This document shows positions 1-21,994 of a stretch of 64,000 nt of DNA, one piece after another; position 1 is the first letter of the stretch, and every line of letters starts with the position of its first letter. A program made the translations under genes and the position numbers. The notes below the pieces were generated by a model. That model was not told the origin of the DNA and made no database searches. It saw only the letters and a program-made list of their open reading frames with translations. The DNA is from Macrostomum lignano (taxonomy: Eukaryota). The stretch lies in assembly GCA_002269645.1 (NCBI GenBank), contig NIVC01000511.1:26125-90124 (forward strand), given 5' to 3'.

Positions 1-1
1 T

Positions 2-2919
2 TTCGAAGAAGGCACCCTGGTGTTCACGAAGGACGAGAAGATTTTGTATTTGAAAACCGACTACCAACTGAACCAATGGATTGAAGTCGCGAACTACATT
101 GTAAGTTTCGCTGCATCCAATGCTTACAGCTAATAAAGTACGAGTAATTGTTAACATATTACATATTTAAGAACGATTTTCATTCAAGGTGAAGCCGAAA
201 CTTCTGCTCGGGTTTCCGGTAATCCATTTTTTTAAACTTTGCCATTTAATTTTGCCTAGTCGAAGTTGGTACATGAAAAGTAGCGATTATTGCTGAATAA
301 TATATTTTAGACCACAACGGCGAGTCCCAGGCTGCGCTCCATGGCGCCGCAGCTGTTCCTGCCCTACGTGGTATCTGGCAAGAAGGTCAGCATGCTTTCA
401 CCTTTGCTTTCAAGCGAGTTCAATTCTTTACAGCTAAATTTTCGTTACAATCTGGAGAATAGGTTCTGGTGAAAAGAAAAAATTCACTGAGGCAAATTTT
501 TATCAGTAGGCACAATAAACAAATACAAATTATCACAATTGCACTTTGCACTTTCTAATGTTAGCTTTGCAACATAGATACTTTAATAAATTAGGCACTT
601 TACAACTTTACAATAGTAGACACACTATGACATTAGGGACTTTACAACAGTAGGCAAATTATAACATTAGGGTCTTTACAATAGAAGGCACATTATGACA
701 TTAGGGACTTTACAATAGTAGACACATTATGACATTAGGCACTTTACAATAGTAGACACATTATGACATTAGGCACTTTACAATAGAAGGCACATTATGA
801 CATTAAGGACTTTACAGCAGTAGGCAAATTATAACAATAGGCACTTTACAACAATGGGCACGTTATACCGTTAGGAACATTGCAACATTACTCGTAGGCA
901 CAATAGGCACGTTAAGGTACTTTATACAATATTAAACACTTTTCAACGTTAAACACTGTAAAACTTCCGACACATGACCATAAAACTGACGAAATTTCAT
1001 ACTTTCAAATTTCTGCACACCTCACTACTATCCAGACGCTGCAAAAACCCTAGGAAAAATGTAAAACTCACGCTACTCTTTCCTCATTCCATATCAAGTT
1101 TAACTTCCAAGAAATTTGGCCCCAACCCAACACCAGCTTCGCCTAGTGGCCTTACCAACCAAGCTCCGCGGCGACCTGTACTACAAGAACGCATTCAGCA
1201 CCCTGGGAGCTGACTACGCCTGCCAGGACGCAGCCATGTTGGCCGGCCTAACCAAGAGCTACTTCAAAGTGTTCCTGAACGGCCAGTTCAACAATCTGGA
1301 CACAATCGTTCACTCCTCGCAGAGAGCCGATGTTCCCGTGGTGAATTTGTATGTAAGTTGCTGCAGGAGGGAGCGAGCTGGGGGCAGAGTTGCTCATTGG
1401 TGGAAAGCACTCATGCTCCAACCCGTTCACCATGCCAGGGTCAGCAGCTGTTCAGCAGCTACGCGGACATGCTCAGGCGTGGCGCCTGGAACAGCAAAGT
1501 GCAGCTTCAGGATTTCAACGGGCGCAACTTGTCGCAGTGGCGCGAGCATCACGGACTGTGAGCCGATTGAGAGATTCATTCAACTCTGCAATAGAAACCT
1601 ACTCACATCAACTTCAAGTAACTCTACACTGACTCTGACAAACTCCAACCGACTCTGACAAACTCCAACCGACTCTGACAAACTCCAACCGACTCTGACA
1701 AACTCCTAACGACTCTGACAAATTCCAACCGACTCTGACAAACTCCAATCGATTCTGACAAACTCCAACCGACTCTGACAAACTCCAACCGACTCTGACA
1801 AACTTCAATCGGCTCTGACAAACTCCAACCGACTCTGACAAACTCCAACTGACTCTGACAAACTCCAACCGACTCTGGCAAACTCCAACCGACTCTGAAA
1901 AACTCCTAACGACTCTGACAAACTCCAACCGACTTTGACAAACTCCAACCGACTCTGACAAACTCCAACCGACTCTGACAAACTCCAACTGACTCTGACA
2001 AACTCCAACCGACTCTGACAAACTCCAACCGACTCTGACAAACTCCAACCGACTCTGACAAACTCCAACCGACTTTGACAAACTCCAACCGACTCTGAAA
2101 AACTCCAACTGACTCTGGCAAACTCCAACCAACTCTCCAACACGCTTTAATTAATTCCAGCTAACTACGAACTACAACAAACATCAACTGATTCAAACCA
2201 ACTCCAAAAAACTCTAAAAATCTCCAACAGACTCCAACAGGCTCCAACCAACTCCAACAGGCTAATACCAACTCCAACGGGCTCCTACCATTTCCAACAG
2301 GCTCCTACCAACTCCAACGGGCTCCTACCAACTCCAACAGGCTCCTACCAACTCCAACGGGCTAATACCAACTCCAACAGGCTCCTACCAACTCCAACAG
2401 GCTCCAACCAACTCCAACAGGCTCCTACCAACTCCAACGGGCTAATACCAACTCCAACAGGCTCCTACCAACTCCAACAGGCTCCAACCAACTCCAACAG
2501 GCTCCTACCAACTCCAACGGGCTAATACCAACTCCAACGGGCTAATACCAACTCCAACGGGCTAATACCAACTCCAACGGGCTAATACCAACTCCAACAG
2601 GCTCCTACCAACTCCAACAGGCTCCTACCAACTCCAACGCTTCTCAAACAACATTTGCAGCTCGGAGATCTTAGCCTGGCAGGGTCTTCGCCAGGCCCAG
2701 CGAGAAGCGAACATCTTCAGCCAGGACTGCGAGGGCTTCACCAACCGGGACCCCATGAAGCTTGGCTACGCGACCGACCTACTCAGCGGCCAGCTGTTCC
2801 AGTCCCGAGAGATCACCTGCGACGCTAGCCAGGTGGTCCTGTGCATCGAAGCCTTCGACGAGAATGCCGTCATCACCGACCCCGCTGATTACAGGCGGAG
2901 GCGAAGGCGGCGAAGGTGA
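2..2919 (+). CDS. COL18A1: Collagen XV/XVIII (multiplexin), 3' portion: trimerisation domain, hinge and endostatin domain; 5' part lies outside the window
   Basis: In-frame GT-AG exons 2-100 (FEEGTLVFTKDEKILYLK, trimerisation-like), 311-385, 1137-1352 (LRLVALP...GADYACQ...VPVVNLY), 1439-1557 (GQQLFSSY...DFNGRNL) and 2661-2919 (LAWQG...DCEGF...TCDASQVVLCIE...TGA). Splice phases are consistent and motifs match endostatin. COL18 versus COL15 cannot be resolved. Confidence 0.9.
590..855. repeat. Intronic minisatellite, ~34-bp unit (ACATTAGGGACTTTACAATAGTAGACACATTATG-like)
   Basis: About 7-8 degenerate tandem copies in the collagen intron 386-1136. Confidence 0.8.
1628..2135. repeat. Intronic minisatellite, 20-bp unit GACTCTGACAAACTCCAACC
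   Basis: About 25 tandem copies; source of the repetitive ORFs at 1614-2143. Confidence 0.95.
2225..2638. repeat. Intronic minisatellite, 20-bp unit ACTCCAACAGGCTCCTACCA
   Basis: About 20 tandem copies; shares the ACTCCAAC core with the adjacent array. Confidence 0.95.
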
Positions 2920-3780
2920 CTGCGTTGAGAGTTCTCCGACGGAAAAGGTTTTTTTTTCACGAATTCAGCATCTGATTGGGGGCTTCTATACCGGTTTGCC
3001 ACCGTTTATTAATTAGCACTGATTGCGCTGATTCTGCCGTTGTCTCAACATGAAATCAAGTCATTCGTTTGTGCGCCCGCAGCCTGTCAAATGCCTGTTT
3101 TTTGTCTGAATTTTATTAGCTTTGCTATCATTTCTTGTCCACATGCGTTTATCAAGTAATCCCTTTCATTTATTTTCTTTGGTCAGCAAATTTAGGTTTT
3201 TTGCGAGGCTTACGGGACAAAAAGCAATCGAACCAACTAGAGAATACCGGTCCACGCTTAATCCTCTGAATATTGCAAAATTTCATCATCGATTTGATGA
3301 AGCAGTTTGATCACTGAAATTTATAGTCAAGTTTTTGCTTATAATCATATTTTTTAATTAGCTCTGCTCCTAAAAATGAATGCTTAAATTGCTTATTCTA
3401 GTGCACATTGGTAGCCAGTACATGTACTTTAGCGCGGCGAATTTTACTTTCGCAATTTAGAGGCATAGCTCGTAAAATGCTACGGATTAGAAGCCTAGCT
3501 TTAGTGACCAAAAGTACAACATAAGCTCGCATACTGAACTAGGCAATATCCAGTCTGGTGCGTTGTCTTGCACCTAATTGATCATTGATCATTTCAAATC
3601 GATTTTGTAAGCCTTTTAAATGTACCAATAAAATAAATTTATCGATATTTGAATCCCTTCTTAAAGGCCATTATTTCTAACTAAACATTTTAGACAAAAA
3701 ACTAGAGTCTCGTAGAATATTCCGCGAACGTAAATTAACTTTTAATAATTTTCAATTAATGTGAACCACATTAAAATCCC

Positions 3781-4000
3781 CCTCGGCCCTCGCCTAGCCC
3801 ACTTAGACACCCACCTCACCCCCGCCTAGCCCACTTAGACACCCACCTCACGCCCTCGCCTAGGCCACTAAGACGCCCACTTCACTTTCCCGCCTAGCCC
3901 ACATAGACACCCACCTCACTCCCTCGCCTAGCCTACATAGACACCCACCTCACTCCCTCGCCTAGCCTACATAGACACCCACCTCACGCCCTCGCCTAGC
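3781..4000. repeat. Minisatellite, ~35-bp unit (CCTCGCCTAGCCCACTTAGACACCCACCTCAC-like)
   Basis: About 6 degenerate copies between the convergent collagen and RGS 3' ends. Confidence 0.8.
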
Positions 4001-4748
4001 CATCTGAAGCAACCGGCTCTCCCTCCCTGTTTAGTTCTCCTCTCCCTACCTGCCTCCCTTGCCTTGCCCAGACTAGCGATTCAAGAAAAATGAAATTTAA
4101 AATTACACCGCAGGCACCGAAAAGTCGGAACAAACTTTGGCTAATTGAATACGCAGACAAATACTATCGAATGTTTGTCGAAGTTTACTTTTCTGACGGG
4201 GTATACAGTTTTAGTTGCATCATTCAAATAGCATTGTTTTTTCGTTCAATCCGGACAACACATAAGAAAAACAGGTCGCGTATGTTATCATTGGTAAATC
4301 TTCGTAATGCTCAGACAAAAGGGATGGGGGCTACAGTGTGGTCGCTTGTGTGTAGTTTTGCATTAATTCGGTCACGCGCTGTTCCAGGGAATGTGGAAGA
4401 AACAGCGCGACCAACTGCGAACGGCAGATGGGTGAATGATCGCTAGCGTAAAGTCCATAGCAATGCAGCGATTGATTTATGACCTTCGAATCATCGCGCT
4501 AAGAAGTTTGTCAAAAAATCGCGGGCTGCATCGAAATCGGTTCTGGTTGATGAGCGTAATGGGAAATGGTGTTTCGCAATTCGTTATCGCAACCGACGAC
4601 GGGTGACGACAGTAAAAAGACTAGGGGGGGGGGGGCGACTGCTGAGGGAAAATCCTCTCGGCCAGCCGATTCGGTGCTCCAGATCACACAGTTGTGAATT
4701 GATGCTCCGAAATTTTAACAACTAAAGCAAGAGTTGGTCCTGCCGCGG

Positions 4749-14329
<9,581 letters not shown>

Positions 14330-17300
14330 TGACTGCTGCTGATGCCGCTGTCCCGGCAGTCGCTGAAGCCGCTTTCGGTAGAGGAGGAGAAGTTGCTCTT
14401 TTTATCAGCGATTTCTTAGAAACTGATTTTAATTAGACGTTTCACAAATTGATTTCCAAATCTGGATTTGGATTTAAACTGTTGGAATTGACTTTCTCTT
14501 CTTAGAATTGTGGCAGAATTTATCAGCGGAGAAGTTTTACGTAGCAAGCTAGTGCTGCGGATTAATCCTTCATCCAAACACTGTGCGGTAAGAGTTGAGT
14601 GCAGTAGCAATTAGTGCACTGGTGAGGCGAGGTTGGCCGCTGCCTCGTGTCGGCTCTCGTCTCTCCCTGTCTCTCCAGCTGAGATTTTCGCCTTTTCTAT
14701 CGAGCACGAGGATGGGGAGGGAGCGGCGCGGGGGGTGGGCAAGTCAGTCTAGAAGGTTGGGCTTTCCGCTTCGCCTCTGGGCCGACGCAGGCCTCCCTGC
14801 CCCGCTCTCCTCCCGCCACTGTTCTCCCCCTCTCAACTTCTCCCAATCCCCCGCCTGCTCCTTGGCGCTTGGGACGAGGTCGCACACTTGGACCAGAGAA
14901 GCGTGCGGCGCCCGAAACAGAGGGCGGAGAGGAGCTTAGCAGGATTACCAGTGCACTCAGGGAGCCGCTCTCAGGAGCAGACCTTAATTTGCAGAAGCTC
15001 TGCAGAAATTTCGAGCACGCCAATCCCACCATCCTTCATCTCTCTCCCCGCTGAGTTCCCTCCCTTTCATCATTATTCTTTTTCGACAACTGCACAGAGC
15101 TAATCGAGGCTCATTGAACAATGCCGCCACTTATTAAGACACTAAGAGCCCTGACTCAAGAGGAAGTTCTTACCAGAAACGAAGCTAGCGCACTCGCAAA
15201 AGCTGTTGCTGGGCTCTGATGAGCCCCGCCTTTTGCTAAGCCTTCTGCTGCTTCTGAGAGGTAGAAAAGTTGCAGAAATCGCAGGGGTGGTACGTCTGGC
15301 AGGACGGTTTAAGCCTTTCTCTTGTCCGTGACTCCTTGAGCTCTCTGGCCACCCCTCCCCCTGTCTTCCTTAGCTGTTTTTGGCTAAGCTATTTTCGACG
15401 TTCCCCTTTTCTCTCGTCTCTCCCCCTCACTCGATCCTATTCTACGAGCTAGTTTGCCTTCTCTTCTGTTGCTATCTGGCTGGCAGCTCGCTGGTCCCAG
15501 CCGTCCCTGTCTGCCACTGACTGTCTGGGCGCTGTGCCGCAGCGGAGGAGGCCGACGCAGAGTCTGGGACGCTCGGCGGGGGTCACAGCCGAAACGAGTA
15601 GTTGAAGACGGCAGGGAGGGCCACTGTGTGTATACTCGTATTAAAAGCGAGCGAGCGGGGAGATTGAGGCAGAGAGGGAGATGGGGGGGGGTGGGGGCAG
15701 ATCGAGCGAAACTCTGCCGCTGCTGCAGGAGGAGGCTCCCGGGCTTCCCGGGAGGGGGCGATGGGAGGGGAGAAGAGGGGAGGCGCCGGACCGGCTCGGG
15801 CAAGAAGTGCAAAAGCGGGCGGCAGTGCAAGAGAAGAAGTGTGGAAAGCGGGACGGGTGGTGAGGATGAACAGGGGGATAGAGGGGAGTCGGGCGGGGAG
15901 AGGCTCCGGCCATCTTAGCGTCGTTACTATTCAGAGAGCGCAGGCTAGTAGCGCAAAGGACACGGGAGCGGGGAGAGGCGTCACCCAACCCACCCTCCGC
16001 CCATCCCGGCTGCCATCACCCCTCTCGGTCTATCGGACAGATCCAGCTGCAGCGGAGATAGAAATAGAACGTAGAAAGGAGAATTTTCAGCCCGACTGAC
16101 GCAAGACAGGAATGAGCATGAAGGGGAAAGTGAAGGATGAAGAGAGGAGACAGGGAAAGAGGCAGGAGGTGGAGATCATCACTCGGACCCTCGGCTTTTG
16201 TTCCAACCTCTCAGCTGCGGCGCTTGCAGAGTCAGTCAGCTTAAAGACTAAGAGGCAGACTTGAGCGAGCCGTGTTAAAAAATGATGGGGTCGGAGAGGC
16301 GGTCAGAGGTCTGGAGAGAGAGGGGATGGAAATAAGCTAAAGCTGCCTCAAGGATTGGCTTTTTCCGCGAAGCTTAAGAAATCCCATTTTGCTGTTGACA
16401 TGATAGAATCTGATCTTCAGAGTCTGCATTATTTTTGAAACAGAAAATTTGCTGCTCATCAGCAGCGGCTCATTCATCACTCTATTTGCTCAGTCTGCGG
16501 CTTTCCAGTCTCTGTAGCGTGCAGCGCCGTTTATTCAATTCTTGTAAGACGCCTTTGATCTCCCCTTTGAAGGCGCACCGCTGCTGCCTCCACCTCTTAA
16601 CAAAATTGCCTAATCTCCTCCTTTTGCAGACTGGGGCTTTGACAAAACCAGGCCCGATATGATAGAGTGAAAGAAGACGGACAGGCAAAACCGAGAAATA
16701 TAGTGAGATATTGATACTCATCGAATAATACCTTGGCGCAGTCAACTTTTTTGACACCCTTCAAATCTCTGCATCTGTTCATCAGATTAAAGCAAAAATT
16801 GACGCAATTCAGCAACAATTTACTGGATTATCCACGGAATCGAAAATATGATTTTCCTCTTGCTTTGACCACACAGTGTTCATGAAACAGTCGTCTCATG
16901 CGAATCGAATAAGCCCAAAATATCGCGATCTCATATGTTATCTCTACGCTGCCATCATATCATCACTTACTTTAAGGTTAGGAGTTTTGGCCATAGACTA
17001 ACCCTGCACATAAGCAAATCAACAGAAGCCATAAACTTGACACCAGCCGCAGAGTCACCAATCCGGAAGTTGAATCGAGTATATTGTTTTTTCTATGGTT
17101 CTAGGCAAGAATTTCCCGGCAGTAATTTTGTATTGTACCCTTTTGTCTATGGTTTTCGCCAACAATTCAATTGTTTGCCGGCTGTTTGAGATTATTTCCG
17201 GAAAATCAACGGTTGAATTTGGCTGTCAAAAAGAATCGCAAACATGACAACGACGAACAAAAACAAAAAACGGAGTAAATTTTTTGTTCCACTGTCCCAA

Positions 17301-17339
17301 ACAAGTTCGTAAGGACAAACCGAATAACGAAGCGGTCAT

Positions 17340-17700
17340 GTTTTACTTGTTCACCTGGCGATTGACGGACGGGGATTCCACAGGTGCCTTTGAATGGCCG
17401 CACGAAAGCAGATGAGAGACTTCGGCGCGCAGTATGTTCCATCCTGCTTTCGAAGAAGCGAATAGAGAAGCTTCAGATAATCGTTCAGGAATCGATCCGG
17501 TACACGCTCGAACTCCTGGCAGAGCCCCTTCTCATTGAGGAACTGGCGGAACCCTGCCACGTGAAGTTCTCGTTGGTCTCGATCGATTTCGGCACAGATT
17601 CAATCTCAATCCGGTCCAGCATAAGCAGATCTTCGCTAGTCAGCTCAGACAGCTCTTCAGTACTAGACCACGCATCTAAATTGTTCATCTCCAGAACAAA
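17340..17700 (-). mobile_element. Degenerate Crypton/DUF3504-type element, N-terminal (pre-recombinase) region
   Basis: Frameshifted translation LDRIEIESVPKS.../FRQFLNEKG...LNDYLKLLYSLLRKQDGTYCAPKSLICFRAAIQRHL resembles the RK.DG..Y...SL..IRAAI.RHL motif of Crypton/ZMYM/KCTD1-type proteins (recognised from memory). Confidence 0.55.
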
Positions 17701-17712
17701 GCGAGGTTTGTA

Positions 17713-18600
17713 ACCATAGACAAAAGAGAACAATACTTAATGCAGATTGCGCAATCCCGACCATAGACAAAAGAGAACAATACTTGATGCAGATTGCGCA
17801 ATCCCGACCATAGACAAAGGGGAACAATACTTAATGCAGATTGCGCAATCCCGACCATAGACAAAAGGGAACAATACTTGATGCAGATTGCGCAATCCCA
17901 GCCATAGACAAAAGGGAACAATACTTGATGCAGATTGCGCAATCCCGACCATAGACAAAAGAGAACAATACTTGATGCAGATTGCGCAATCCCGACCATA
18001 GACAAAAGAGAACAATACTTGATGCAGATTGCGCAATCCCGACCATAGACAAAAGAGAACAATACTTGATGCAGATTGCGCAATCCCAGCCATAGACAAA
18101 AGAGAACAATACTTAATGCAGATTGCGCAATCCCGACCATAGACAAAAGAGAACAATACTTGATGCAGATTGCGCAATCCCGACCATAGACAAAGGGGAA
18201 CAATACTTAATGCAGATTGCGCAATCCCGACCATAGACAAAAGGGAACAATACTTGATGCAGATTGCGCAATCCCAGCCATAGACAAAAGGGAACAATAC
18301 TTGATGCAGATTGCGCAATCCCGACCATAGACAAAAGAGAACAATACTTGATGCAGATTGCGCAATCCCGACCATAGACAAAAGAGAACAATACTTGATG
18401 CAGATTACGCAATCCCGACCATAGACAAAAGAGAACAATACTTGATGCAGATTACGCAATCCCGACCATAGACAAAAGAGAACAATACTTGATGCAGATT
18501 GCGCAATCCCAGCCATAGACAAAACAGAACAATACTTGATGCAGATTGCGCAATCCCGACCATAGACAAAAGAGAACAATACTTGATGCAGATTGCGCCA
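17713..18600. repeat. Minisatellite, 47-bp unit CCATAGACAAAAGAGAACAATACTTGATGCAGATTGCGCAATCCCGA
   Basis: 19 units, each with the palindrome GATTGCGCAATC or a 1-2 nt variant. Confidence 0.95.
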
Positions 18601-19319
18601 TTCCAACCATAGTCAAAAGGGAAAAATGTGCATAACATTGTTTACAGGTATTTTCGGACAACCCCATATTTTCAAAACCTTCCCTTTGAGTTTTTGATCA
18701 TAGACAATCGACGTGACTTGACTATCTTTGGCTAAACTCAAATCAAACCCTACGTGACGCGTAGGTACCGATTTAAACCCGGAAAAATATCGCGAAAAAG
18801 GCAACAGACGACAAACTCATCGAGTTCTTGACAGTCTAGAAATAGTTTCAACTGGAACCCTACAAATGATTTTCTGAATCTAAAAGTTTCTGGGCCTTTC
18901 TATAGCTAGATACAAGCGGGAGCAGTTCCGTACTATAGCAACTATATATATTGCTTTTTTGTGCTCCTACGAGTGTACAAGTTGACAGCTAATGTACTGG
19001 GCATGGCCTTAGCTACGCTTTTTAGTGCTAGAACGTTGCAGACCGGAATAGTGCAAATCCCAGAGGGAAAAGGAATTAGTATAGGGCTCGATGAAGCGCG
19101 AAATTTTCTTTTGCCTCAAGCTGACGGCTGCTCGCACCAGTGAGTCTGAGAGTCGGCAAGCGCTGCCCGACAAACCGAAACTCGAATCGAAATCTGAAAC
19201 TTCATTTCCGCCCTTGGCGGCCAATCCGAAATTCTTTGAACTGCAGCTTTTATCGAGAGCTTGTTTTTTATTCTAGTTTTCAGGCTGCTAAAGTCTATTG
19301 GGAATAGTTGAGACTTGAA

Positions 19320-19953
19320 GGAGATGCTCTGAAGGAGACTGTGATAACACGACCTCTAGTGTGAGATGCTCTGAGGGAGACTGTGATAACACCACCTTTA
19401 GTGTGAGATGCTCTGAGGGAGACTGTGATAACACGACCTCTAGTGTGAGATGCTCTGAGGGAGACTGTGATAACACGACCTCTAGTGTGAGATACTCTGA
19501 GGGAGACTGTGATAACACCACCTTTAGTGTGAGATGCTCTGAGGAGACGGTGATAACACCACCTCTAGTGTGAGATGCTCTGAGGAGACGGTGATAACAC
19601 CACCTCTAGTGTGAGATGCTCTGAGGAGACGGTGATAACACCACCTCTAGTGTGAGATGCTCTGAGGAGACGGTGATAACACCACCTCTAGTGTGAGATG
19701 CTCTGAGGAGACGGTGATAACACCACCTCTAGTGTGAGATGCTCTGAGGAGACGGTGATAACACCACCTCTAGTGTGAGATGCTCTGAGGAGACGGTGAT
19801 AACACCACCTCTAGTGTGAGATGCTCTGAGGAGACGGTGATAACACCACCTCTAGTGTGAGATGCTCTGAGGAGACGGTGATAACACCACCTCTAGTGTG
19901 AGATGCTCTGAGGAGACGGTGATAACACGACCTCTAGTGTGAGATGCTCTGAG
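19320..19953. repeat. Minisatellite, 42-bp units followed by 41-bp units (GTGAGATGCTCTGAGGAGACGGTGATAACACCACCTCTAGT)
   Basis: About 5 copies of the 42-mer, then about 10 near-identical 41-mers. Confidence 0.95.
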
Positions 19954-20401
19954 GCGGAGTGAGACAGTACATGTAAATTGACCCTGGGACTGAGCCAGCT
20001 ACGAACTATAGCCAGTTAAATGCAAGGCAAGCGCAAAAGTCATGAAGAATGATGCATTATGATGGAAATTGGAGATTTACATGCAAATTCGATAAGCGAG
20101 TATATTAGTGATAGAAAGCCGGTATACGGACAACTGAAGTACAAGGACGCTACACTGATATTCTTAGAAACGAGCTGGACGGGGGAAAGGAACGCGTGTT
20201 TATCGCATCGCAAGTGCATATTGTACGTAACGGAGAACACCATAGCGCTGAATGGGGTTTCGCCCATAGACAAATTCGGATTATTCGTATTGGAGCTGTT
20301 AAAAATGTGGACAAAACTGGACTGTAAGGAGGCAACCACAGAATACACCAGAATGCTCAATCAGCTTCCAAATCGAAAGCCGAAATATAAAACCATAGAC
20401 A

Positions 20402-21463
20402 TGAAATAGATAGCGTTTTTCTCGGGGTGGCCTGGTAGGTCTTTGAATCCCACCGCTGCCACCAGTGAAGTACAATGGGTTTTCTTCCCGGTTTAGGCCC
20501 TTGCGGATTACCTTAATCTTGAGCCTCTTCAGTGGGAAGTTCTCTCAACTCTCTCAGTAGCGTAGGTAGTGCTGCCACCAGTTCCTTCAGGTCTCGGCCT
20601 TCGATGAGGTGAGCTTCCCGTCGGAACGAAATAAACAAGTCAACGAACTCAGCACAGTGTGCAGATTTGCAGATTAATGAACAAGGCGTCCTGATCAGCA
20701 GATCCCCGCCGGGCTCAGGGGTGGCTGGGAAGGCAGTGTTAGCCTCCCTTAGGCTTGGGCTTTAGTGGGGTCTCAGTCAGACCAGTACAAACGGATTCAG
20801 TACGCAAAGGGCACTTAGTTAGACACTGACGCACACGGGTTCTTAGTGAATTCTCCGCAGATAAGAAGCCAAAATAATTCCTTGACGGAAACAAGGGGAG
20901 AGGGGTCCTATTTATAGCCGGGAAACACCACGCACAAGACCTCGTGACTTGTTCTATTTTTAGAACTGACGTCACTTGAGATCTCGAGGCAGGGTCTCAG
21001 TGCGCGCAAGACCTCGTGACTCGTTCTATTTTTAGAACTGACGTCACTTGAGGTCTCCGGCCAGGGTACACGCGGCTGTGACTCAGTTGCTATTTTTAGC
21101 AACATGAGTCACTCCTCTCCTTAGAGAAGGGAGGGGTCCGAAAGCACGTGATTCTCCCGGTAAACAGGGCCAACGAGTGCAGTAAACATGTTTACTGCAC
21201 TTTAGGACTCGAAGAACGCAGAGTCTGTCATGTGACTTGCTCACATGACAGAGGAAAACGGGACGGGAACGAAACAGAGACAGCCCACAGCAGAGAAGCT
21301 GAGGGCTGAGAACAGAGACGCAGAAGGGCAGAACAGGCCAAGGGCAGCAACAGACGGGCCAAGGGGGTGGGAAGCTGACCAGCGGCAGACAGCAACCCAG
21401 GGCGAGGGCGAGGGAGACTGCTGACAAAGTGGGACGCCTAACATCAACTAGCGGATCACTACA
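20402..21463 (-). repeat. 3' LTR of the gypsy element
   Basis: On the - strand it starts TGTAGT right after the PPT and ends TATTTCA next to the TSD; matches 28407-29466. Confidence 0.93.
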
Positions 21464-21472
21464 CTCTCCCCG
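21464..21472 (-). promoter_or_regulatory. Polypurine tract
   Basis: GGGGAGAG on the - strand immediately before the 3' LTR TG. Confidence 0.9.
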
Positions 21473-21994
21473 TTCAAATGAAGAGGCGGAGTGAAAGCGA
21501 AGCGCGCTTTATTTATTAAACAAAATAGTGATTTTACTAAATAAAATTATTACAAATGCCTGGCAAAAGGATGGCAGTGTCACAAGGCATACCAATTATT
21601 ACACGGCTGGGCCAAGGTCAGGATTGTGACCCAAAATGGCGAAGCACCAATAGCACCGGTGGGTTGCCCACGCCAAGGCAGAGCCCTAGAAAATGATAAA
21701 ATCGGAGGGGCTGGCAAGTCCCTCGGGCGTACGCAGAATCAGGACCTCAGTCCAACAGCGGTTCGGGGGCGCCGGCCCGGAAAATGGGCGCCTAAATATA
21801 CGGGATACCATAGACAGCCGGCAGAGCCCGTCACTGGGGAGAAGGGGGATGCAGAACTGCACCAGAGCAACAGCTCACGGGAAGATAAACGAGTACGCAT
21901 TGCGGGGGCGCTGGCCCGCTATTGAGGGGCCACATAAAGTAGAGCAGGGAAAAATCAGAGGGTGCCTGTCAGCACCAAGTCCACAGAGTCAGAG

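Noticed and set aside
4364-4414. Hairpin GGTCACGCGCTGTT...AACAGCGCGACC as a pre-miRNA
   Set aside because: Stem too short and bulged (~45 nt in total); no supporting evidence.
14400-16900. Numerous short GC/GA-rich ORFs upstream of RGS
   Set aside because: No recognisable domain or consistent splice phases; likely promoter, UTR or low-complexity sequence.
17713-19953. CRISPR-like appearance of the regular 41-47 bp arrays
   Set aside because: No unique spacers, no cas genes and a eukaryotic context; these are head-to-tail minisatellites.
20447-20464. tRNA-Leu gene fragment
   Set aside because: Only the 3' 18-22 nt including CCA are present, inside an LTR; interpreted as a PBS copy.
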